Source of the DNA: Thecamonas trahens ATCC 50062
Lineage: Eukaryota; Protista; Apusomonadida
NCBI RefSeq assembly: GCF_000142905.1
Contig: NW_013657625.1
Coordinates: 209,411-273,410, forward strand
Length of the DNA: 64,000 nt
Direction: 5' to 3'
Under the pieces are notes generated by a model. That model worked only from the letters and a program-made list of their open reading frames with translations. It did no database searches and was not told the DNA's origin. This document shows positions 47,932 to 57,649 of this stretch, in pieces; position 1 is the first letter of the stretch; each line of letters starts with the position of its first letter. The translations under genes and the position numbers were made by a program.

Positions 47932-49746
47932 CTAGTAGGCAAAGCCCGTGGACCGGATGTGCAGCATGTCGTTGAGGATGACGACAGGCCAGCCCAAGGC
48001 GGCGGCGCGCGAGCCGGGCGGCGAGGCGGCAATGATGAAGGTCCGGTCAAAGCCACGAAGCATCTGCTTCTCGTCGGCCTCGCGGAAGACGCCGTGGATG
48101 GAGACGGTGACCATGGGCTCCGAGGTGGCAGCGACAGGCACAACAGCGGTGTCGACGATGAACGACGACGGGTCGTGGACGGTGGCGCGGATGGAGCGGA
48201 GGAACGAGATGATGGCAATGTTTGTCGAGTGCAGACGGGAGGTGAGAACATCGAGCGAGGTCTCACTAAGCGAGCGTGCGGCCTCGTCGTAGTCACGGAT
48301 GCCCGGCGGGGTGCGGCCGTTGACGTCGGGATGGGTGACCGAGAGCGACATGCAGGCCGACTCGTTGTAGGCAGCAAGGAGCTGGCTTCGGTCGCCGTCG
48401 TAGCACTCAAAGTAGCGAGCGATGAAAGCGCCTACGATGTCGGTTGTCGACGGCGAGTCGGCGTACGAGCCTTGTGCTTCGAGCGTCCTGATGTTGACCG
48501 GCGCCGAGTCGAGGAGGCCCGGGGGGAGCGCAAAGGTGACGAGCGGTTCAACCGGAATGTTGTCGAGCCACTTGAGGTTGGGGAAGAAGGCTGTGACGTC
48601 CGACTGGTAGTCGAAGCGCGAGGCGGTGGCGGCGGCGACAGGATTGTCGGCCAGGTTGAGGACTTCGAGCGCCTCGAGCTTGGAGAGTGATTCGAGATCA
48701 TTGACGCTGCCGATCTCATTTCCGGCCAGCGAGAGATGCAGCAGCGCCGGCGCGTACTGGTCAAGCTCGCGGAGGTTGGAGAGCCAGGAGATGCGGTTCG
48801 AATCGAGCGAGAGCGAGACGGTGCCGTGCGCCCGCTTGGCAATGCCCTGCAGGAGCGCATAGGTAAACGACTTGGCGGCAAACGAGACCGGGACGTCGGC
48901 GAGCTGCGGAGCGTCGGACATGCCATTGAGGTTGAGCATGCCGGTCTCTGCATTGAACATGTCGGCAATGTACTTTTCCAGAGCGGCGACCTGGTCCTCG
49001 TTCAGCTTCTTCCCGCCGCGAGTGCTGGACTTGCCCCCGCTCTCGGGCTGGCCGCGAGCCGACTTGCGCGACTCTCCCGACGAACCCGCTCCGTCAGCCG
49101 GAGTACTTGCGGTCGACGGATCGGGCTGGATGCGAATGGAGAGCTTCTTCCCGCGAAACGGCTTCTCGTGAGCCTTGATGATGCGGTCAGCATCGGCCTT
49201 TGAGGCGACGACCAGAAAGGCCCGATGCGGCTGGACATCCGCCTCGACCAAGCGAAACTTGCCGCCACCAAGCTCTGTCAGGGCGTCGACCAGTTCAGCT
49301 TCTGTAGCGCCGGCAGTATTATAGACCGAGAGCCTGGCGTAGTTAGCCGACTTGCCTGACCGACCACTTCCACCCGATCGGCCACCACCACGACCAGACC
49401 GATTCCCTGATCGACCCGAGCTGCGACTACGATCACCATTACGGTCACTACCACCACCACCACCACCACCACCACCGCCATTACGACCATTAGATCCAGA
49501 ATCACCACGACCACCATTCCGTCCACCTTGTCGCCGACCGCCACCACGACCGCCACGACCACGACCACCACCGCCACCGTCGCCTCCCTTGCCACCACCA
49601 CCACCACCACCACCACCACCAGCCTTGCCACCGCCACTACCGTCTGCTCCACCCTTTGACGACTTGCCACCTCCATAGGGAGCAAACCTATCTCCGGCAG
49701 CAGTGCCCTTGCGGGCTCGTTCTTTGCCACTCCGTCCCTTGGGCAT
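47932..49746 (-). CDS. NXF1: Nuclear RNA export factor NXF1/TAP/Mex67 (RGG-rich N-terminus, RRM-like, LRR and NTF2-like domains)
   Basis: PY-NLS-like RFAPY and a Gly/Arg-rich N-terminus. LRR: MLNLNGM..SLSLDSNRI..APALLHLSLAGNEI..LNLADNPV..FFPNLKWLD. NTF2-like: FIARYFECYDGDRSQLLAAY..HGVFRE..RGFDRTFII..ILNDMLHIR. Confidence 0.9.
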   Translation of the reverse strand: MPKGRSGKERARKGTAAGDRFAPYGGGKSSKGGADGSGGGKAGGGGGGGGGGKGGDGGGGGRGRGGRGGGRRQGGRNGGRGDSGSNGRNGGGGGGGGGGSDRNGDRSRSSGRSGNRSGRGGGRSGGSGRSGKSANYARLSVYNTAGATEAELVDALTELGGGKFRLVEADVQPHRAFLVVASKADADRIIKAHEKPFRGKKLSIRIQPDPSTASTPADGAGSSGESRKSARGQPESGGKSSTRGGKKLNEDQVAALEKYIADMFNAETGMLNLNGMSDAPQLADVPVSFAAKSFTYALLQGIAKRAHGTVSLSLDSNRISWLSNLRELDQYAPALLHLSLAGNEIGSVNDLESLSKLEALEVLNLADNPVAAATASRFDYQSDVTAFFPNLKWLDNIPVEPLVTFALPPGLLDSAPVNIRTLEAQGSYADSPSTTDIVGAFIARYFECYDGDRSQLLAAYNESACMSLSVTHPDVNGRTPPGIRDYDEAARSLSETSLDVLTSRLHSTNIAIISFLRSIRATVHDPSSFIVDTAVVPVAATSEPMVTVSIHGVFREADEKQMLRGFDRTFIIAASPPGSRAAALGWPVVILNDMLHIRSTGFAY

Positions 49747-50067
49747 CCTGGCTGGCGTGAAGTGGGCGTGGGTGTGGGCGTGGCTGAACGAGCTCGTGAT
49801 GGGCAAGTGCCAGTGGCTGGGTGCTGGCACTGTCAGCCGTTCGGGGGGGGGGGGGGGGGGGGGGGGGTCTTTTAGGGCCTTTGGGGACGATTTGGTTGGT
49901 TGGGAGGGAAGAATCGTGGCGGGTATGGAGGAAACAAAGGGGAGATGATGGAGCCAAGGGGGGATGAGTTGGTGCGGGAGGAGGGGAAAGAAGGGGGAGG
50001 GGGGGGAGGGGGGGGAGGGGGGGCGGGATTTGATGGGAGAGGAAATTGACTTTTGATCAAAGATCGC

Positions 50068-50598
50068 ATGCTTTTGGAGTCACAGTGATTTCGCCTGCTG
50101 ACGGCCAAGCTCTCACGCGCGCGCTGCGCAGCGTACATCAGCCTCCATTGCCGCGCCTACGACGAGGCTGCTGAGCTCTTTAACGATCTGGCTACCAAGC
50201 TGACTGATTCGCAAGCTGATGCCGCCCTCGTTGCTCTCGAGCAGCAGCGGCGGCATCGACTCGGCACCGTCTCGCTCCACGCCTCGCTCGACCTCTAGCT
50301 GGCTTTGAGTGCGGAAGTGGGAAGAGATGGACTGCTTGCTGTTGGTTCTGGAAGGCTAGGCACATTCACCATGAGCAATACATCAGATCCGTTCACGTCA
50401 TTAACTGTAGCCGTCGCCAACCGCACCATCGCGCCAGTTGTCCTTGATTGGTGATGGCGACTATGTGGATTATGCTTGCGAGGGCGATTTCGTGATTCCT
50501 GCGGGCGATAGCGACGTTGTGATTATGGCGGGCAATGGCTCATCGGTAAATGTGCTCAATGGTGGCGTGGTGATGATGATGGAGGTGGCAATGATGTG
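50068..50598 (+). pseudogene. Decayed coding relic with an FG-GAP/VCBS-like motif
   Basis: Coding-like frame interrupted by TGA (50086), TAG (50296) and a frameshift near 50450, across APVVLDW/GDGDYVDY. Confidence 0.35.
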
Positions 50599-50678
50599 AC
50601 TTTGAGGCTCAGCGAGTCGGCTCGGTGGCGAGAGTGCGACTTTGCGGCAAGACATTCCACTGCTTTTGGTCACCCGTC

Positions 50679-52407
50679 ATGTCGTGGTCCGAGCAAGTCA
50701 AGGCAGAGCAGCAAGCCGCCGAGGCAGCAGTTGCAGCTGCAGCCACAGCTTCATTCACTCCAACCACTCCTGCTCCTCCACCTTCTTCAGCGAGTGCTGC
50801 TGGTGCTTCGGGTATGTGACCATGGAAGGGGTGCACGGCGGGTGGGTGGGTGGGTGGGTGGGGGGGGTGGGGGGGGGGGCGAGTTGGGCGGGAGATCCCA
50901 TCAGACGACGACCTGCCCCGAGGTTTGGGGGGGGGGGGGGAGGGGGGGACGGAGACAGGGATACTTATTGTATGGGAGGGGTACAGATGGTGGGAATGTT
51001 GCTGTGGGGGATGACCCTGAGTTTACTACTTCTGCTGAAAAGATGGAGGCGCTGAAGAAGTGGGGCCTTGGGTATGGCCTTGATAACCGTGAGGCTGAGA
51101 TTCAAGTTGCCATGGCCGACCCGAACTCGCCGCTCTACACCGATGTTGACTCGTTTGATGACCTTGGTCTGACGGATGCCATTCTTCAGGGCATTCGGGT
51201 CAACATGAAGTTCAGCAAGCCATCGGCCATTCAGGCCAAGGCATTCCCGCTCATTCTGGCAGAGCCGCGTTCGAACCTCCTCGCTCAGGCTCAGTCGGGT
51301 ACGGGCAAGACGGCTGCCTTTGTGGTCGGCATGCTCTCTGTGGTGGACGGGAGCAACCCGAAGACCCAGTCGCTCTGCCTTACACCGGCTCGTGAGCTTG
51401 CGCAGCAAACGTACGGCACCATCGCATCGATGGGTGAGTTTACCGGATACACCATGGCGTGCCTGGTGGCGCAGGACAAGGACAAGAAGAAGAAGAAGCG
51501 GCGCGGCAAGGCCAAGCCCGGCCCGCCGATCGACGCCCAGATTGTGGTGGGTACGCCCGGAACGGTCATCCGCTGTGCCGACGACGGCTCGCTCAACCTC
51601 AGCGACGTCAAGATGCTCGTCCTCGACGAGGCTGACTACATGATTGCCGGCAACATGGCCGACAACTCGATCCGCATCAAGGACATGCTCCCGGCTGGGG
51701 TGCAGATTCTCATGTTCTCAGCAACGTTTGACGACGACGTCTGGGAGTTTGCCGCCCACACGGTCGGCAAGTGCAACACCATCCGGCTGCAGCACAAGGA
51801 GGTCCGCCTCAAGAAGATCAAGCAGTTTACGGTGCTGTGCGACTCGGATGACGCCAAGTTTGATGTCATCTGCGAGATCTACGCCCGCCTCAGCGTCGGG
51901 CAGATGATCATCTTTGTCGACACCAAGGCCACCGCGCAGGACCTTGCCAACAAGCTCACTGCCGCCGGGCACTCGGTCTCGATGCTCACGTCCAAGCTCT
52001 CGCCGTCGGAGCGCGACGCGGCGCTCGACGACTTCCGCGAGGCGCGGACCAAGGTTATGGTCGCCACCGACGTCCTCGCTCGTGGCATTGACATTCAGTC
52101 GGTCAACATTGTCGTCAACCTCTCCATGCCCACGGACGACGTCGCACGCGTCATGGCCAACCCGGCGACCTACATCCACCGCATCGGGCGTGCAGGCCGG
52201 TTCGGCCGCTCCGGCATCGCCATCAACCTCATTCTCAAGAACTCGACCGACGCCAAGAACCTCCAGCGCATCGAGTCGTTCTACGGCCACAAGACCACTC
52301 CGCTCGCTTTTGACGAGATCCCCTCGCTCGGTGAGGCCTTTACCGTCGACGTCTCTGAAAACGCCCTCGTCGCTCTCGAGAACGACGACGACCAGGGCAT
52401 CCTCTAG
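50679..52407 (+). CDS. DBP5: DEAD-box RNA helicase DBP5/DDX19; join(50679..50811,50987..52407), ~517 aa
   Basis: DPNSPLY..SFDDLGL, FSKPSAIQ, NLLAQAQSGTGKTAAF, PARELA, GTPG, LDEAD, FSAT, ARGID, YIHRIGRAGRFGRSG. The N-terminal and Q-motif/motif I context is diagnostic for Dbp5/DDX19/25. Confidence 0.92.
50812..50986 (+). other. GT-AG intron (phase 1, 175 nt), G-run rich
   Basis: Donor GTATGT and acceptor ..ggggtacAG. It joins the MSWSEQVK exon in frame. Confidence 0.8.
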
Positions 52408-52607
52408 CCGCGGTGTCACTCACTCGCCAACCAGCGTGTAAATAGCCGTCCCACCGCTCGTCCCACTACACATCACTGACCGCCATCTGTCGGCACGATG
52501 GCCATTGCCCGACTCCAAAAGACGCCGGTCGGACGAACTGAAGCACTCGGGCTCGCCGTCCACTCGGCGGCACCCTGCCGCGCACAACTCACTCGACACC
52601 CAAGGCC

Positions 52608-55600
52608 ATGGCACGACGACAACGACACATTTTCTGTGTCCTTCTTGGTCTCTTCGCCCTTGTGGCTATTGCTGCCATGTGCGGTGCTGGCGAGCTGAGG
52701 CCGAGTGGTCCGAGCTGCCCAACCAGCTTTTCGTGTGGGACCAGCTGCTGCCAGGCTGGCGCATGCAATTCGGATTCATGTCAATGTGATGTTTTTCCAG
52801 GATGGGAGAGCGGAATCAACTGCGATGTGCCTGCTTGTGCCGAGAGCAATGTGACACGGATTACTTTTCGTGGTCTTGACGTTCCTGGATGTTTGCAAGA
52901 GTGTGGCCACGGCTTTGGCGGACCGACCTGCATGCTGCCGATGGATGGGAAAGCGTGCAGAGGTGGGAGAGTGCTCGACTTTTCCTACGCCTTGGATAGA
53001 GGTGCTGATCGGTTTGTGACTTGCTCTGCGCCGCCGAGTAATGCGTTGAGCGAGCGGATAGACAATGGTCTGGGTAGAGAGCTCGTGTTTGACGCCGTTT
53101 TTACCCAGGATGGCAAGAGCCTGGTCGTCATCTTTGCCGCCGGCGTCGCCGACATCCCGCTTCCCCTTGCTGTGATCAAAGCAAGTGGATGCTCGGCAGG
53201 GTTTGCAGGAGACGGACGAAACGTGTACCGCATCACCTGCCAGGCGCCACTCGCCGATTGCGCGCCTGTTGCCGCCGCCATGACCCCGCCGCTATGCAAC
53301 GAGACTCTCTCGCAGTGGCTGGTTGAGACAGCGAGCGGAGCGAGTCTCGTTCTCGAGTGTCCACTTGTCGGCTCTGGATGCAAACTAGTGCTCGGCAGCA
53401 GCAGCGCGCTGGAGATGTCGTGCCGATCCGGTGCATGTGTGCCCGCGATCCCACCGCCACAGGTTCCGGCAGTGCCGGCGCCCAGCATTGTCGGCAAGGC
53501 CAACGTGGTGAGCGGCGCGGCGCTGGCACTGATAGGGTACCTTATTGGCCTTGGTCTGCTCGTTAGCTGCATCCGCCGGGCGACGACGATGTATGTCGAG
53601 ACCAGCAGCTCAGGCAAGGATGCAGACAGGACCAGCGAGCGGATGCCGCTGCTGAGCTCGTCGATCCAAGAGGTGGAGGGCGAGGAAGCGGCGGACGATG
53701 CACTTGTCCGATTTCTTTCACTTCCTGTTGTGATGCGTGCCGCCGGGCGGGCAGGACGGGCGGCGGCGAGAACACCGGGCGATGGGCCGGTGCTTGCATT
53801 TTCGGGGGTTGGCTTTGCGATCCGTGGGCGGCCTGTGCTCGACAGCGTGAACGGGACGGTGGGCGCCGGAAGCGTGCTGGGCATTCTCGGGGCGTCTGGT
53901 TCGGGAAAAACGACGCTGCTGTCGTTTCTCTCGGGTCGACCGCTGGACGAACGGTTTGGCGAGGTATCAGAGTCTGCTGCAGTCGTGCTTGCCGGCGAGA
54001 GCGTGCCGTGCGAGAGCGGTGCGCGGTGCGATGCACTCTCTCACGCCGTGACTGCCGTGCTCGATGGCAGCGCGCAGCCGGCTCTGCTCACGGTGTACGA
54101 GGTGCTCTACACCAGTGGCCTGTGTGTATTTGGCAGCGCGGCCCGAACGCCGACGAGCTGCATGAGCTTGTCATGGCGGTGCTAGAGGTGTTTGCGCTGG
54201 GTGAGGTTGCGCATGTGTATGCCAACGGGAGTGCGGCGCCGATGCCGAGCGCGGCGGCGGCCGACGGACGTCCGGCAGTTGTGGGCGCTGACCGGTGCTC
54301 GTTGGCGTGCGGACCGGCCTCGGCGCTGTCGGGTGGGGAGCGAAAGCGGCTGGCACTGGCGTTGGGGGTGCTGCGGGTGGTGGCGCGGCCGGAAGCGGCG
54401 CGTGTGTTTCTCTGCGATGAGCCGACGTCTGGGCTGGACTCTGCGCTGGCGCTGCAGGTGGCGCGGGTGTTGCGCGGGCTGGCGCGTGTGCTCCAGCTCG
54501 CGGTTGTTGTCACACTCCATCAGCCGTCGCAGCGGCTACTTGCGGCCGGCATCGACTCGCTCCTGGTACTGACCGAAGCCGGGAGGGCGGTGGTGAGCGG
54601 CACGCTGAGCGCATGCCTGGCGGCGTACCGCGCAGCCGGGTGCGACGCCGGCGACGAGTGCGCCGAGCCGGGCGACTTTTTGATTGTCCATGCAAGTGCT
54701 GTTTGCGCGAATGGCCCGAGCGCAAGTGCCGTCAGCGACGCCTGCCATCGCGCGGTGGTGTCGGCGGGACCGTGGCGCGGGCTGGACGTGCGGGCGACGC
54801 GGGGCTGGCGGTCTTTGGCCTCGAGCTTGGGGTGGCGCTGCAGCGGCAGGCACTGTTCTGGCTGCGGTCGCCGTGGATGCTCACCATGCAGCTGGGGGTT
54901 ACGCTGGGAGCGTGTGGCCTCCTCAGCGGTATCTTTTACGCCATGCCGCTCGATCTTGTCGGCGCGCAGAACCGGTGCGGCTTGCTGTTCTTTGTGCTCG
55001 CGCTCAACGCGCTCACCTCGCTCGGGGCCATCCGGACCTTTTCGCGCGAGCTCGCCCTCGTGCTGTACGAGCGGCGCGGGGCGTGGTTCCGGTATCCAAG
55101 CGTGAGCTACTGCGCCAAGGTGATGCTTGACGTGGTGCTACCAGGCCTCCTGCATCCGCTCCTCTACGGGCTGTGCGTGTACCCGTGGGTGGGACTGGAG
55201 CCGACAGTAGGCTCGCTGGCAAGATTTGTGGGCTTGCTTGTGGGCTTCAACTGGATGAACGGGGCGCTTGCGCTGGTCCTGGGTATGTTGCTGGTCTCGT
55301 CACCGGCAGCGGCCAACCTTGTGGTCCTTGTGGTTTCGCTGTTCTCGATGCTCTTTTCGGGCTTTCTAGTCTCGAGCGCCAGCCTCGCAACCGGGTTCGA
55401 GCCGGTGGCGGCGCTCTCGAGCTACAAGTACGCACTCGAGGCGCTGCTGGTCAACGAGCTCGGCCAGCGAGAGATCGACTACAACCCGGTGGGGTTTCCG
55501 GGCAAGGTTCGTTCGGGCGAGGTCATTCTCGCCGAGTTGGGCATGAAGAACTCGCAGAGCCAGATCCGCAACGACACCGCGGTGCTGTTTGCAATGGCAG

Positions 55601-55650
55601 CGACACTGGCCGTGATCGGATACGCGGTGTTTCGGTTGCGGCTGCGGTGA
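52608..55650 (+). CDS. ABCG half-transporter with an N-terminal Cys-rich EGF-like ectodomain (yeast Adp1-like), ~1014 aa, two frameshifts (~54140, ~54740-54800)
   Basis: Signal peptide, EGF-like segments (CQCDVFPGWESGINC, CGHGFGGPTC) and a TM helix. NBD motifs: Walker A GASGSGKTT, LSGGERKR, CDEPTSGLDS, TLHQPS. ABC2 TMD motifs: QNRCGLLFF, LFSGFLV, KYALEALLVNE. These are spread over three consecutive frames. Confidence 0.85.
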
Positions 55651-55655
55651 GGGCG

Positions 55656-57218
55656 CTAGCGGTCGGCGGGCGTGGCACCACGGGCACCGGATGGGTTTTT
55701 CGGCTGGACCGGCGAAGCCGGAGCGACGACGACGCGGCGCGAAGGAATACCAGGGCCGCCTCCCGGAGCAGAGAGCACAATCTTGCGCTGGAGGTCGGCG
55801 TCGGGTGCGGGGGCCGGGAGTGGCTGGGAGAGGCGGGCGGCCGAGGTGGCCTGGGCGAGGACAAGCTCGGAGCGAGTGAGCTTCTTGCCACGGGCGGCAC
55901 GGCGCGAGGCGCGGAGGACGCGGCGGCGTGGAGCTTCGGGCACGACGGGCGGCTGGGTAAAGAGCGCGTGGCGGGCGGGTACAGACTGTTTCGGCGGGCG
56001 CGAGGCCGGCGGTGATGGGGTGCGGACCGGCGAGGCCTCGGGCGAGGCGGGAGCGGGATCTGCATCTGGCGCGCGCCAGACCTCGGGTTCGTGGTACGAC
56101 GGCGACGGCGCGGCAGCACGCACAACAGTGTGCGTGGCTGCTGCTGAGAGCGGACCTGCTGCGGTGCGCGGCCTGCGGCCTGCGGCGGTAGCCGGGCGCT
56201 GGCGGGCGGGGGCGACGGCGACGCCGGCCTTGCGGCGCTTGCGGAGGGCGAGCGCAGGGTTGCCCGACATGGCGCGAGTGTGGCCGAGAGTAAGCTCTGA
56301 GGCCGGGCCTGAGAGTGCTGGCGACGACGAGGCAATAGGCGCGGCGGCGGCGGGCGTTGCAGGGCGGAGACCGGCCGAGGTCGACGGGCGCGGCGGCAGG
56401 ATGCGACCTGCCGAGGTGGCGGGACGTGCGATGGATGCAGCGGGCGGGGCAAAGGCTGAAGGAGTGGCGCGCATGTCGGCGATAGCCTCAAGGAGAGCAC
56501 GCTCCTCGTCGTCGAGGACAACACCGTACGCATCCTGCAAGATGGTAGCGAGCGGGGCGTCTGCGCGGGCAAGCGAGGCCGCTACGAGCGCGGCTTCCTG
56601 ATCAACGCCTGCGGCGGAGGCATCGGCCGGTGGCTCGCTCTCTGCAGCGGCGAGAACGTCTGCGCGCGGGACGTCGTCGACAAAGGCGACGGCCGGCAGG
56701 AGACGTACGACCGCACCCCGAGCTGCGGTGACCGAGGGATAGCGGGCGTAGAGCGGGGTGTCCTCGAGCGAGAGGGCCTCGAGCGAGGGAACCATGACAA
56801 GATACTCCAAAGCATCGAGCGAGTCGAGAGCGTTGGCCTCGAGATCAAGGACGGTCAGATTGTCAAGCATGGCCAGCGGCGAGAGATCAGCAATTGCGTT
56901 GAAGGCGAGATAGAGCTCTTCCAGAGCAGGCAGAGCGGCAATGCCATCGATGTCTTTGAGCGAGGTACGAACAAGATGAAGAACCGTCACATGTCTCAGA
57001 CTTGTTCCCAAGTCACGAATAGAAGGCAGAATCGAGTCTGAGAGATTGAGTACAGCGAGTTGAGGGAGGTGATCACCAAGTCCAGCAGCTGAAGTCTCGG
57101 ACGCATCGAGAGCCAGCCGCAACTCGCTCACCTCACACAGCTCTTCCTCGCTCCGCCCTGTATGTTGCGCGAGGAAGGAGGCAGTCACCTCGTCCGCCGG
57201 AATGACGTGCTGGTCCAT
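55656..57218 (-). CDS. LRRC56: Leucine-rich repeat protein 56 (ODA8-like axonemal dynein assembly/transport factor)
   Basis: LPQLAVLNL..SIRDLGTSL..DGIAALPALEELYLAFNAIADLSPL..VLDLEAN, plus the conserved ELTLG..GNPALALRKRR motif. Confidence 0.88.
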   Translation of the reverse strand: MDQHVIPADEVTASFLAQHTGRSEEELCEVSELRLALDASETSAAGLGDHLPQLAVLNLSDSILPSIRDLGTSLRHVTVLHLVRTSLKDIDGIAALPALEELYLAFNAIADLSPLAMLDNLTVLDLEANALDSLDALEYLVMVPSLEALSLEDTPLYARYPSVTAARGAVVRLLPAVAFVDDVPRADVLAAAESEPPADASAAGVDQEAALVAASLARADAPLATILQDAYGVVLDDEERALLEAIADMRATPSAFAPPAASIARPATSAGRILPPRPSTSAGLRPATPAAAAPIASSSPALSGPASELTLGHTRAMSGNPALALRKRRKAGVAVAPARQRPATAAGRRPRTAAGPLSAAATHTVVRAAAPSPSYHEPEVWRAPDADPAPASPEASPVRTPSPPASRPPKQSVPARHALFTQPPVVPEAPRRRVLRASRRAARGKKLTRSELVLAQATSAARLSQPLPAPAPDADLQRKIVLSAPGGGPGIPSRRVVVAPASPVQPKNPSGARGATPADR

Positions 57219-57569
57219 GCCGGACGAAATGGGTGAAGAGTGGGTGGGTGTGGGTGGGAGAGAGGCGTGGGCGTGCGGTTAGGGTTGAAGCCAACGCGCG
57301 CGCGTGGAGTTGGCGGGCTGGGCTTGGGTGGTCGGGAGGGTGGTGGGGGGTGGGGGGTGGTGGTTAAATTTTTTGTGGCGTGTGTAGTGGTTGGAATGCA
57401 TTGGCGGTACTTGGAATGAAGGTCGATGAAGGTAGAAAACAGATGAAGAGTTTTGCATGCGGGAGGAAGAGAGTGGTGTATGTATCTGATCATTGTGTGC
57501 TTTGAGAGTATGTTGGGGGGTGGAGAAAAAGTTCCGAGCTGGTTGGGTATGGTGCTTGGGTTTGTGTGC

Positions 57570-57593
57570 GTGTGATGAAAAATTCAAGAATTT
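57570..57593 (+). promoter_or_regulatory. Candidate promoter motif GTGTGATGAAAAATTCAAGAATTT
   Basis: Matches the reverse complement of 15538..15561 at 22 of 24 nt. Confidence 0.4.
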
Positions 57594-57649
57594 GTCCGTT
57601 AGCCGTTGCAGAGGAGTTGGATAAGCACTTGACGACGTGGAATCGAGAG

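Noticed and set aside
50068-50298. In-frame TGA as selenocysteine
   Set aside because: There is no redox motif or evident SECIS. A further TAG and a frameshift indicate decay.
50596-50986. Unspliced N-terminus of the 603-aa DBP5 ORF
   Set aside because: It reads through poly-G intron sequence. The spliced model is better supported.
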